A DNA stretch of 64,000 nucleotides from assembly GCA_965203555.1 (NCBI GenBank), contig CBDBCY010000004.1, forward strand, positions 1,057,554-1,121,553, given 5' to 3'. Of this stretch, positions 15,660 through 24,748 are shown one piece after another (position 1 is the first letter of the stretch; each line of letters opens with the position of its first letter). The notes under the pieces were generated by a model. It saw only the letters and a list, made by a program, of their open reading frames with translations. It had not been told where the DNA came from and searched no databases. The stretch is from Acidimicrobiia bacterium. Lineage in GTDB: Bacteria > Actinomycetota > Acidimicrobiia > Spongiisociales > ZC4RG35. The translations under genes and the position numbers were made by a program.

Positions 15660-17861
15660 ATGAAAAGGAATACCAAGATCAGATACCTGGTGGCGCTGCT
15701 TTCGGTGCTCGCCCTCCTGGCTACGGCCTGTGGAGACGATGAGGCCGATGCCCCCTCGGCAACCCCGACTACCGCCCCGGCCGCGGAGACTCCCGATGAC
15801 GCCATGGACGATGACGCCATGGACGATGACGCCATGGACGACGACACCATGGACGATGACACCATGGACGATGACACCATGGACATGGGCGACGACATGG
15901 CGCTGCCGGGTGAGGGTGTGTCGGTGACGATGGCCCGGGCCAACTGGTCGACCGGTTATATGCAGGCTGCTATCTATGCGTCGTTGCTGGCCGAGTTGGG
16001 CTATGATGTCTCCGACCCGGCCGATCTGGAGTTGGCGCCGTCCAACGCCTATGTGGCGATGGCCAACGGCGAGTTCGACTTCTGGGTCAACTCGTGGTTC
16101 CCCAACCACAACCAGTTCCTGGCCGGTGAGATGCCCGACGGATCGCTGGTCTCCGAGCACGTGACCACCCTGGGCAAAGAGATGGCCCTGGCCGGCGTGC
16201 AGGGGCTGATCACCAACAAGGCGTTCGCGGCAGAGAACGGGGTGACCACCCTCGACGCCCTGCTGTCCGATCCCGATCAGTTCGCTGCCTACGAGGCGGC
16301 GGACGCCTCTCCCGGTGACGGCATCCTTCAGATCATGGGATGCCCCGAGGGATGGGGTTGTCGAGTCAACATCGACGCCTGGATCGAGAACGCCGGCTGG
16401 ACCAACATCGAGCAGTTCGACATCGGAGGCTACGACGCCATGATCGCCGATGCCATCGCCCGTGACGCAGCCGGAGAGCCCTACATGGTCTACACGTGGG
16501 CGCCCAGTCACTACGTCAAGGACCTGCGACCCGGCGACAACTCGATCTGGCTGTCCATCTCCGACGAGTCGATCTCTCCCACCCAGATCGAAGGTCCCAA
16601 GTCGCTCGGCGGCTCGTGCACCACCGATAACTGCAACCTGGGCTGGGACGCAGCCGACATTTTGGTGACCGGCAACAACGACTTCCTGGCCGCCAACCCG
16701 GCCGCTGCCCGACTGTTCGAACTGGTGACCATCAACCCAGTCGACGTGACCCTCCAAAACGTGGCCTACAGCCTCGGAGAGGACACCGAAGACGACATCA
16801 AACGCCACGCCGCCGAATGGATCGCCGCCAACCGCGACACCGTCGACGCCTGGCTCCACGCCGCCAAGCAGCCGATCAACCTGACCCCGGGTGAGGGTGT
16901 GTCGGTGACGATGGCCCGGGCCAACTGGTCGACCGGTTATATGCAGGCTGCTATCTATGCGTCGTTGCTGGCCGAGTTGGGCTATGATGTCTCCGACCCG
17001 GCCGATCTGGAGTTGGCGCCGTCCAACGCCTATGTGGCGATGGCCAACGGCGAGTTCGACTTCTGGGTCAACTCGTGGTTCCCCAACCACAACCAGTTCC
17101 TGGCCGGTGAGATGCCCGACGGATCGCTGGTCTCCGAGCACGTGACCACCCTGGGCAAAGAGATGGCCCTGGCCGGCGTGCAGGGGCTGATCACCAACAA
17201 GGCGTTCGCGGCAGAGAACGGGGTGACCACCCTCGACGCCCTGCTGTCCGATCCCGATCAGTTCGCTGCCTACGAGGCGGCGGACGCCTCTCCCGGTGAC
17301 GGCATCCTTCAGATCATGGGATGCCCCGAGGGATGGGGTTGTCGAGTCAACATCGACGCCTGGATCGAGAACGCCGGCTGGACCAACATCGAGCAGTTCG
17401 ACATCGGAGGCTACGACGCCATGATCGCCGATGCCATCGCCCGTGACGCAGCCGGAGAGCCCTACATGGTCTACACGTGGGCGCCCAGTCACTACGTCAA
17501 GGACCTGCGACCCGGCGACAACTCGATCTGGCTGTCCATCTCCGACGAGTCGATCTCTCCCACCCAGATCGAAGGTCCCAAGTCGCTCGGCGGCTCGTGC
17601 ACCACCGATAACTGCAACCTGGGCTGGGACGCAGCCGACATTTTGGTGACCGGCAACAACGACTTCCTGGCCGCCAACCCGGCCGCTGCCCGACTGTTCG
17701 AACTGGTGACCATCAACCCAGTCGACGTGACCCTCCAAAACGTGGCCTACAGCCTCGGAGAGGACACCGAAGACGACATCAAACGCCACGCCGCCGAATG
17801 GATCGCCGCCAACCGCGACACCGTCGACGCCTGGCTCCAGACCGCCCGCCTGGTCGGCTAA
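15660..17861 (+). CDS. proX: Glycine-betaine-binding lipoprotein with two tandem, identical ProX/OpuAC substrate-binding domains
   Basis: Signal peptide plus lipobox (LLATACG), then an acidic DDAMD/DDTMD repeat linker. The SBD sequence (…WFPNHNQFLAGEMPDG…GCPEGWGC…) occurs twice with 100% identity. Confidence 0.85.
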   Translation: MKRNTKIRYLVALLSVLALLATACGDDEADAPSATPTTAPAAETPDDAMDDDAMDDDAMDDDTMDDDTMDDDTMDMGDDMALPGEGVSVTMARANWSTGYMQAAIYASLLAELGYDVSDPADLELAPSNAYVAMANGEFDFWVNSWFPNHNQFLAGEMPDGSLVSEHVTTLGKEMALAGVQGLITNKAFAAENGVTTLDALLSDPDQFAAYEAADASPGDGILQIMGCPEGWGCRVNIDAWIENAGWTNIEQFDIGGYDAMIADAIARDAAGEPYMVYTWAPSHYVKDLRPGDNSIWLSISDESISPTQIEGPKSLGGSCTTDNCNLGWDAADILVTGNNDFLAANPAAARLFELVTINPVDVTLQNVAYSLGEDTEDDIKRHAAEWIAANRDTVDAWLHAAKQPINLTPGEGVSVTMARANWSTGYMQAAIYASLLAELGYDVSDPADLELAPSNAYVAMANGEFDFWVNSWFPNHNQFLAGEMPDGSLVSEHVTTLGKEMALAGVQGLITNKAFAAENGVTTLDALLSDPDQFAAYEAADASPGDGILQIMGCPEGWGCRVNIDAWIENAGWTNIEQFDIGGYDAMIADAIARDAAGEPYMVYTWAPSHYVKDLRPGDNSIWLSISDESISPTQIEGPKSLGGSCTTDNCNLGWDAADILVTGNNDFLAANPAAARLFELVTINPVDVTLQNVAYSLGEDTEDDIKRHAAEWIAANRDTVDAWLQTARLVG
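15795..15887 (+). repeat. 18-bp tandem repeat (gatgacRccatggac x~5) encoding a (D-D-A/T-M-D-D) acidic Met-rich linker
   Basis: Read directly: gatgacgccatggac x3 then gatgacaccatggac x3, in frame within proX after the lipobox. Confidence 0.7.
15907..17840 (+). repeat. Perfect tandem duplication, period 981 bp (2 x ~953 bp identical)
   Basis: Track sub-ORFs recur exactly 981 bp apart (15976/16957, 16049/17030, 16450/17431, 16511/17492). The sequence from ccgggtgagggtgtgtcggtgacg… to …gacgcctggctcca is identical in both copies. The copies diverge only in the linker (16860-16887) and the gene 3' end. Confidence 0.8.
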
Positions 17862-17918
17862 TACCAGACCGTGAGAGATGAGGGTGCCATACGGCGCCTT
17901 CATCCTCTCTCTTTTCTA

Positions 17919-17962
17919 AAACGGGGCCTCGTCCTACCGGACGGGGCCCCGTTCTTCTGTTA
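17919..17962 (+). terminator. Putative intrinsic terminator after proX
   Basis: aaaACGGGGCCtcgtcctaccggacGGCCCCGTTcttctgtt: a GC-rich stem followed by a T-rich tract, ~60 nt after the proX stop. Confidence 0.4.
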
Positions 17963-17969
17963 ATGTCCA

Positions 17970-19064
17970 GTGTCAGTCATGTCCAATAGCTTCGGCACAA
18001 GGCTGACTGTCGGGTTGGCTGCGTTGGTACTGGTAACGGCGTCCTGTGCATCCGAAAGCCCCGACACCGACGCCCGAGAGATGCTGCCGGGTGAAGGCGT
18101 GTCGGTAACCATGGCAAGGGGGAACTGGTCGACCGGTTATATGCAGGCCGCTATCTACGCAGCCTTGCTGACTGAACTGGGCTATGAGGTAAGCCGTCCG
18201 GCTGACCTGGAATTGCCTCCCTCCAACGCCTACGTGGCCATGGCCAACGGCGAATTCGACTTCTGGGTCAACTCCTGGTTCCCCAACCACAACCAGTTCC
18301 TCGCCGGAGAGATGCCCGACGGCACCTTGGTGGGTGACCACCTGACGGTGCTCGGTTGGGAGATGCGCACCGGTGGCCTGCAGGGCGTCCTTACCAATAA
18401 GGACCTTGTGACAGAGCACGGAATAGAGACGCTCGACCAGATCGTGAACGATCCCGCCCTGTTCACGATCTTCGAGGAGGGCGATACCCATCCTGGCGAC
18501 GGCACACTCCAGTTGCTGGGATGCCCCGAGGGATGGGGATGTCACATAACCATCGACGCCTGGATCGAAAACGCGGGTTGGGAGAAGGTCGAGCAACTGG
18601 AGGTTGCTTCCTACGACGTCCTGATCGCCGAGGCCATCTCCCGGGACTCCGCCGGCATTCCGTACATCGTCTATTCCTGGGCCCCCAGTTCGTATGTGGC
18701 CGACCTGCGCCCGGGCGACAATGCCATCTGGCTGTCCACATCCCACGAGTCGATCTCCCCCAGCCAGACGGAAGGCCCGTCCACCCTGGAGGCGGGAGAG
18801 TGCTCCACCGACTCCTGCAACCTTGGGTGGGACGCAGCCGACATCCGCGTCACGGCCCACAACGATTTCCTGGCCGCCAATCCCGCCGCCGCTGCCCTCT
18901 TCGAGTTGGTGGTGATCAGCCCGATCGATGTTGCTTTGCAGAACGTTGCCTACGGCCTGGGCGAAAACACCGAGGACGACATCCACCGCCACGCTGCCGA
19001 ATGGATCGAAGGCAACCGCGACACAGTTAACCAATGGATCGCCGCTGCAAGGAGCGCAGGCTGA
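17970..19064 (+). CDS. Glycine-betaine-binding lipoprotein, single-domain paralog of proX (~75% aa identity)
   Basis: Lipobox LVTASCAS, then MLPGEGVSVTMARGNWSTGYMQAAIYAALLTELGYEV…WFPNHNQFLAGEMPDGT…GCPEGWGCHI…, colinear with each repeat unit of proX. Confidence 0.85.
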   Translation: MSVMSNSFGTRLTVGLAALVLVTASCASESPDTDAREMLPGEGVSVTMARGNWSTGYMQAAIYAALLTELGYEVSRPADLELPPSNAYVAMANGEFDFWVNSWFPNHNQFLAGEMPDGTLVGDHLTVLGWEMRTGGLQGVLTNKDLVTEHGIETLDQIVNDPALFTIFEEGDTHPGDGTLQLLGCPEGWGCHITIDAWIENAGWEKVEQLEVASYDVLIAEAISRDSAGIPYIVYSWAPSSYVADLRPGDNAIWLSTSHESISPSQTEGPSTLEAGECSTDSCNLGWDAADIRVTAHNDFLAANPAAAALFELVVISPIDVALQNVAYGLGENTEDDIHRHAAEWIEGNRDTVNQWIAAARSAG

Positions 19065-19163
19065 TCCACCGGACATACAGGCCACAGAGAGGAAGGATTC
19101 TGACCGGTCCGTCCCCCGGGCACAGGGAGGAAAGATCCCACCGCTTCCTTACACTGAACAGCC

Positions 19164-19946
19164 ATGGGTGAAGGTCTGCGGGTAGTCAAAGAGCCTCCCC
19201 TGCTGGAGGTGGTCATCGACCGGCCCAAAGCCAATGCCATAGATGCCGCGACCAGCCGGTTGATGGGAGATGTATTTGGAGCCTTCCGGGATGATCCCGC
19301 CTACCGGGTCGCCATCCTGACCGGCGCCGGGGATCGGTTCTTCTCGGCGGGCTGGGACCTGAAAGCCGCCTCGGAGGGGGAATCCTACGAAGCGGATTGG
19401 GGCTTGGGAGGTTTCGGAGGATTCCCCGAGTTGGAGGGCCTCAACAAGCCGGTGATCTGCGCGGTCAACGGCATCGCCGCCGGAGGAGGGTTCGAGATCG
19501 TGCTGGCTGCCGACCTGGTGGTGGCGGCGGACACCGCCCAGTTCCTGCTTCCCGAGGCATTCATGGGGTTTCCCCCCGACATCGGCGCCGTTCGCCTCCC
19601 CAGGCAGATCCCCCCACTGCTCGCCAAAGAGATCCTCTTGACGGGAAGACGAGTGGACATGGAGCAGGCCCTGCGGTGGGGAATGGTGAACCAGGTGGTT
19701 TCTCCCGGCCAACTCATGGATGCCGCCCGCCGCTTGGCCGAGCGGATCTGCGAAGCCGCTCCCCTGGCGGTGGAGGCCATTTTGGAGATGATCCGGGACA
19801 CCTCGCAAATGGGGGTGGCCGATGCTTTGACCCACATCCGGTCAGGCGAAGTGGCCGCATACCGCAGAGCCCTCGACTCCTCTGATGCCCTCGAAGGGCC
19901 GAGAGCCTTTGCCGAAAGACGTTCGCCCCGTTGGACCGGCGCCTAG
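19164..19946 (+). CDS. caiD: Carnitinyl-CoA dehydratase / crotonobetainyl-CoA hydratase (crotonase family)
   Basis: Near full-length colinearity with E. coli CaiD blocks recalled from memory: IDRPKANAIDAATS, FRDDP.YRVAILTGAGDRFFSAGWDLKAASEGE, KPVICAVNG.A.GGGFE..LAAD.VVAAD, and C-terminal ALEGPRAFAERRSPRW. Confidence 0.75.
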   Translation: MGEGLRVVKEPPLLEVVIDRPKANAIDAATSRLMGDVFGAFRDDPAYRVAILTGAGDRFFSAGWDLKAASEGESYEADWGLGGFGGFPELEGLNKPVICAVNGIAAGGGFEIVLAADLVVAADTAQFLLPEAFMGFPPDIGAVRLPRQIPPLLAKEILLTGRRVDMEQALRWGMVNQVVSPGQLMDAARRLAERICEAAPLAVEAILEMIRDTSQMGVADALTHIRSGEVAAYRRALDSSDALEGPRAFAERRSPRWTGA

Positions 19947-19979
19947 CGCGACGGTGACGCTTTTGGGTGGGGGGCTGTT

Positions 19980-21211
19980 TCATTTTCTCTGTTTGATCGG
20001 GCGTCGGCGCGTGGATCGGCGTCGGCCGCTCCGGTACTTAGGTCGGGGTGGGCGTCCCCATTGGGTGGGTGGCGGGCGGAGCCGGTAGGCGCCGGTTGTA
20101 GTGCGTTCAACCTGCCAGTCGTTGTCGTGTACTTTGTGGTGGCATCTGCTGCACAGAAGACACATGTTGTCCAGGTTGGTGGGACCCCGATCTTGCCAGT
20201 GGACGATGTGATGCGCCTGGCACCAGGAGGCCTTGGCGCCGCAACCGATGCAGTGTTTGTCGCGGGCGACAAGAGCGGCCCGTTGGGAACCGCTCGCCGT
20301 TCGCCGAGCCCGTCCCAAATCCAGCGGCACCGACGAACCCGAAAAGATCGCCGGGAGGATCTGAGCGTCACACGCCAACTGTCGCAGCGTCCGGGCGGGG
20401 AGGGGGGTTCCGTTCTCCAGGCGAGGGTTGCCCAACTGTTTGCTGACCGTGTCGTAGTCGGCGATCAACAACAACCTCACGCCCTGGGAACCACCGTCTT
20501 TTCCTTCCCGAGTCACCAGTTCGGCAATGGCGTCGGCCATCCGCTGACCCGCAGCAGCCCGATCCCTGGGGTCTTCCTTATGCCAGAGTTGGTTCATCAT
20601 GTGAGACACCGCCGTCTCCACCCGCGCACCCGTAACAGGGTCGAAACGCCCATACAACACGGTCATCCCGTCGTCCTGGTCAGTGGTGATCTTCGCGAAC
20701 CGCCGCGAACGCTGATGCTCCAACTTCGACACACCATCATCCTCTGAACGCCTCTGTTCGTGTTTGCGTACCGTACGGGCGAACTTGTCAGGAGACTGGG
20801 AACGGGCCCCGTCCAACAATTCGTCCTCGACGATGGTTCCCCTCTGGTTGGCGCCCGCCAAAATACGGGCGTTGTCAGCAGAGATCTCTCCCTTGCGTAA
20901 CCCTTCCCGGGTTTTGGGCAGTTCCTCCAACCCCGGGCGGTCTCCACCTCCGACCGGGCCTTCCGACGGCCCAACAGCCCGCCCTCCCGCAAAATCGTCT
21001 CCACCTTCTCTGTTCCCTGCCGTCGGCGCAACTCCGACACCGCCTGGGCGCGGACCGCGGCGGCTTGGTTCTGGACGCGGATGGTGGACTGGATACGCTG
21101 TTTCAGTTCTTCGACCGACGCATCCACGACCGGCAGAGAGGGTGACAGGAGCCTGGCCAGGTTGGCGGACCGTCGGCTGTTGACTGCTTGTTTCATGCTT
21201 ACAGTATGCAC
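19980..21211 (-). pseudogene. DUF222 / HNH endonuclease family gene, frameshifted (N-terminus in frame of 20663..21211, HNH C-terminus in frame of 19980..21278)
   Basis: The N-terminal frame gives MKQAVNSRRSANLARLLSPSL…VEELKQRIQSTIRVQNQAAAVRAQAVSELRRR… (DUF222-like). The other frame gives …HCIGCGAKASWCQAHHIVHWQDRGPTNLDNMCLLCSRCHHKVH… (HNH). The two are joined only by a ~+/-1 shift near 20780-20850. Confidence 0.55.
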
Positions 21212-21530
21212 AGAGGGTGTGACAAAACACCCCGCATATTGCTAAGTTGTGAAAACAAACACTAAAACTTTTCCGCAAGAATCCACCTCATAGTTCGACT
21301 GCTGCCGAGGGGTGACCACCCGGCAACCCCGCACACAGATACCGGGGGAACTCCAGTGATCTTGCAAAACCGAACCAATACGAGTGGAAATTCATGTAGA
21401 ATTGCAGACGTAGATCGTTCCGAGGAACCGGCGCCTATCAACCCCCGAAGATCGTTCGGAAGTCGGTTCCGGGAAGTCTTGACCACAGGCCTCACAGGCC
21501 ACCCTTTACATAAGGACGGCGTTACCTGCC

Positions 21531-22784
21531 ATGAAGCACTTAGCCGCGCTCTTTCTATCGATGTGCCTGCTTGGCGTCGGCCACGGCCTGGGCACCTCCC
21601 TCCTTGGAGTTCGCTCCACCATCGAGGGTTTTTCCGACCTGGCGGCGGGAATAGCCCTGTCCGGCTATTACGTCGGGTTCCTGGCGGGAAGCCGGTTCGT
21701 CGGGAACATGTTGGCCAACGTGGGACACATACGGGTGTTTGCCGGCCTGGCGGCCCTGATTTCCTCGGTCATGCTGCTGCACTCGCTGGTCCTGAGTCCT
21801 CCGGCATGGTTTATTCTCCGGTTGGCGGCCGGATTCTGCATGTCGGGAATCTACATCACCGCCGACAGTTGGCTGAACAACCAGGTCACCAACCACAACC
21901 GCGGCCGGGTTCTGGGCATCTACATGATGATGGGGATGGGAGGCATGGCGGTCGGACAGCTTCTGATCGGCGCCTCCGATCCCGGCGGATTCGCCCTGTT
22001 CATCCTGGTCTCGATGATGCTCTCGCTGTCCCTGGTACCGCTCTCTCTGACTCGAATAGACCCACCGGAGGTACCGGAGCGCAAGAAGGCAAACATCAGA
22101 GGCGTGTATCGGACCGCCCCGCTGGCGATCGTGGGCGCCGCCGCGGCGGGACTCACGCAGGGGGCCATCCTCACCATGGGTCCGGTGTACGGCGCCCAGG
22201 TGGGCCTGCCGAGCACCCAGGTGGGGTGGGTGATGAGCGCCCTGCTGTTCGGCTCGGCGGCGATGATCCCCCTGGGACGTCTCTCCGACCGCATCCCCCG
22301 GCGACGGGTGATCCTGGCAGTCACCGCGGGAGCGTTTGTTGTGAGCGTTCTCATGTCGATCGGGCCGGTCGACCCGGCGGCGTTCGCAGGCGTCATGCTG
22401 GCATACGGCGCGCTCACCTTCCCCGTGTATGCCTTGTCGATGAGCCATATGAACGATCTGTTGGAACGCTCCCAGCTCGTTCCCGGGATGGCCACCCTGG
22501 TCACCTTCATGGGCCTGGGCGCCATAGCCGGGCCGGTGCTCAGTTCCGCCCTGATGAGCCTGGTGGGACCGGACGGCCTGTGGATGGCCCTGGCCACCTT
22601 TCACGGCGCCTTCGCGGTCTACATTGTCTACCGGTTCGTGGAACGACCCAGAATCGCCTATCGCATGAAAAGAGCCTTCGTGCCGATAACCATCCGCAGT
22701 TCGGCGCGAGTGGCATATCTCACCAGGAGAAGCAAAAGAAGGTTCAGAGGGGGCGGACGGTTGCCCTCCTCACCGCCCACGTAG
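21531..22784 (+). CDS. MFS transporter (YcaD-like)
   Basis: 12-TM-like hydrophobic profile. The motif …NHNRGRVLGIYMMMGMGGMAVGQLL… resembles the YcaD family. Confidence 0.75.
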   Translation: MKHLAALFLSMCLLGVGHGLGTSLLGVRSTIEGFSDLAAGIALSGYYVGFLAGSRFVGNMLANVGHIRVFAGLAALISSVMLLHSLVLSPPAWFILRLAAGFCMSGIYITADSWLNNQVTNHNRGRVLGIYMMMGMGGMAVGQLLIGASDPGGFALFILVSMMLSLSLVPLSLTRIDPPEVPERKKANIRGVYRTAPLAIVGAAAAGLTQGAILTMGPVYGAQVGLPSTQVGWVMSALLFGSAAMIPLGRLSDRIPRRRVILAVTAGAFVVSVLMSIGPVDPAAFAGVMLAYGALTFPVYALSMSHMNDLLERSQLVPGMATLVTFMGLGAIAGPVLSSALMSLVGPDGLWMALATFHGAFAVYIVYRFVERPRIAYRMKRAFVPITIRSSARVAYLTRRSKRRFRGGGRLPSSPPT

Positions 22785-22921
22785 ATGAACGACCAGGCTG
22801 GTTGAAAGCGGCGCAGACGGACGCCGGTGGACACCCGCCGGGCCTTGTAACCACATCTGCTCCGGCAAGAACAGGCTGAGACATCCCCAACCTTGCAGCC
22901 GAGGCTATTAAAGTCTCCAGC

Positions 22922-24586
22922 ATGATGACCGGCGCCCAAGCGCTCGCCGAAATGCTCGACGGGTACGGGGTGACCCACGTCTTCATGGTCCCCGCCATCC
23001 TGCGGCGCACCATGGTGGAACTGGAGCGGTTCGGGGTGCACCGCATCCAGACCCATGGCGAGAAGCCGGCCGCCTACATGGCCGACGGCTTCGCCAGGAC
23101 GGCGGGCCGGCCCGGGGTGTGCATGGCCCAGGCGGTTGGCGCGCTCAACCTGGCCGCCGGGTTGCGCGACGCTCACCTGGCCAACTCCCCGGTGATCGCC
23201 CTCACGGGAGGCCTCCACCCCACCATGGCCGGCCGGGGCGTCTACCAGGAGGTCGACGATCTCCCCGCCTTCGCCAACGTCACCAAGTTCAACGCCTCCG
23301 TCGACCGGGTGGAGCAGATCCCCGACTTCATCCGCCAGGCCTTCCGTTCCGCGGTGTCGGGCTGTCCGGGACCGGCCCATGTCCGGTTCGCGGGCAACGA
23401 GGGCCAGATCGACCTCGCGGAGGGCGATCTCGACCCGCGGGTCGAGAGAGGATTCGCCTCCGTTCCGCCGGAGCGGCCGCTCCCCGACCCCGACGACGTG
23501 GCTGGGGCCCTGGAACTGTTGGACCGCGCCGAGCGGCCCGTGATCGTGGCGGGAGGGGGAGTCCGCATCTCCGGAGCTTCGAGCCAACTCACCGCCCTGG
23601 CCGAGCGTCTCTCCATCCCGGTGGTGACCTCCCTCAACGGGAAGGACACCGTCCCCGGTACCCATCCGCTGGCCGTCGGGGCGGTCGGCAGGTACTCTCG
23701 CAGCGCCGCCAACCGGGTGGTGAACCGGGCCGACCTGGTGTGCTTCGTCGGTTCCAGCACCAGCAGCATGACCACCCACTCCTGGCGGGTTCCGGCCCCG
23801 GGAACACCCGCCATCCAGGTCGACATCGACCCGGACATGCTGGGCCGCAACTACCCCCTGCAGGTGTCCATCAACGCCGATGCCCGGATGACCCTCGCCG
23901 CCATCCTGGAAAGAGCCGGCCCGCGGGATCCGGGACGGGAGGAGTGGCTGGCCGAGGTCCGCCGGGAGGTCATCGCCTGGCGGGAACAGCACCGGCGCCA
24001 TCTCGAATCCGACGCGGTGCCCATCCGCCCGGAGCGGATCTGCTCGGAACTGACCAGCCTGGTACCGGACGACGCCTGCGTGTTGGTCGACACCGGGCAC
24101 GCCGGCATGTGGATGGGCGGCATGTTCGACACCCGCACATCCGACCAGAGCTACCTGCGCAGCGCCGGTCACCTGGGCTGGGCCTTCCCGGCCTCCCTCG
24201 GCGCCAAGTGCGCGGCGCCGGACCGCCCCGTGGTCTGTTTCACCGGCGACGGGGGGTTCTGGTACCACATTGCCGAGGTGGAGACGGCGGTCCGATGGGG
24301 CATCAACACCGTCACCGTGGTCAACAACAACTCCTCGGGCAACCAGTCGACCATCGGCTTCGACCGGGCCTACGGCGGCCGGCAAACCCCGGAGGGACGC
24401 CGCCTCTGGACCTTTACCGACGTGGACTTCGCCCGCCTCGCCGAGGGAATGGGAGCCATCGGCATCCGGGTCACCAGACCCGGCCACCTCCGCTCAGCCC
24501 TGGAACAGGCGCTGGAGGCCGAGCGCCCGGTGGTCGTCGACGTGGTAACCGACATCGAAGCCCTCGCGCCCCTCCCAGTGATCTGA
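22922..24586 (+). CDS. Thiamine-pyrophosphate-dependent enzyme (acetolactate synthase / benzoylformate decarboxylase family)
   Basis: N-terminal Pyr domain (GVTHVFMVPAI…), central domain, and C-terminal PP domain with GDGGFWYH…N…N TPP-binding motif. Confidence 0.85.
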   Translation: MMTGAQALAEMLDGYGVTHVFMVPAILRRTMVELERFGVHRIQTHGEKPAAYMADGFARTAGRPGVCMAQAVGALNLAAGLRDAHLANSPVIALTGGLHPTMAGRGVYQEVDDLPAFANVTKFNASVDRVEQIPDFIRQAFRSAVSGCPGPAHVRFAGNEGQIDLAEGDLDPRVERGFASVPPERPLPDPDDVAGALELLDRAERPVIVAGGGVRISGASSQLTALAERLSIPVVTSLNGKDTVPGTHPLAVGAVGRYSRSAANRVVNRADLVCFVGSSTSSMTTHSWRVPAPGTPAIQVDIDPDMLGRNYPLQVSINADARMTLAAILERAGPRDPGREEWLAEVRREVIAWREQHRRHLESDAVPIRPERICSELTSLVPDDACVLVDTGHAGMWMGGMFDTRTSDQSYLRSAGHLGWAFPASLGAKCAAPDRPVVCFTGDGGFWYHIAEVETAVRWGINTVTVVNNNSSGNQSTIGFDRAYGGRQTPEGRRLWTFTDVDFARLAEGMGAIGIRVTRPGHLRSALEQALEAERPVVVDVVTDIEALAPLPVI

Positions 24587-24680
24587 CCCCTCCACCGGCG
24601 CGCAACCGCCGACCGCACCCCTCACCTGATCCTCGCACCCCAACCGAGGGGGTGGTCCGGAAACGCCGTCGGGGACCTGC

Positions 24681-24725
24681 AAAAAAAGAGAGTGACCGGT
24701 GGCCCCGCGGTCACCGGTCACTCTC
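24681..24725 (-). terminator. Intrinsic terminator for the minus-strand SBP gene (possibly bidirectional)
   Basis: aaaaaaaGAGAGTGACCGGTGgccccgcggtCACCGGTCACTCTC: a 14-bp perfect stem. On the minus strand it is followed by a 7-T run. Lies 24-70 nt beyond the 24749 stop. Confidence 0.55.
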
Positions 24726-24748
24726 AAGATGTCTGGTTGGTTAGTGGT

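Noticed and set aside
13413-17903. 1496-aa ORF on the minus strand spanning proW and proX
   Set aside because: It is antisense to well-supported ProW/ProX genes. Its composition is low-complexity (G/V/D/H-rich) and typical of high-GC antisense frames, with no domain content. Its internal repeats simply mirror the proX tandem duplication and acidic repeat.
21356-22879. 507-aa plus-strand ORF and 349-aa minus-strand ORF overlapping the MFS gene
   Set aside because: Only the 21531..22784 frame gives a 12-TM YcaD-like transporter. The others are Arg/Gly/Pro-rich artefacts.
22658-24744. 609-aa minus ORF and 541-aa plus ORF overlapping the TPP-enzyme gene
   Set aside because: Antisense or alternate frames of the TPP-dependent enzyme. 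No domain signatures.
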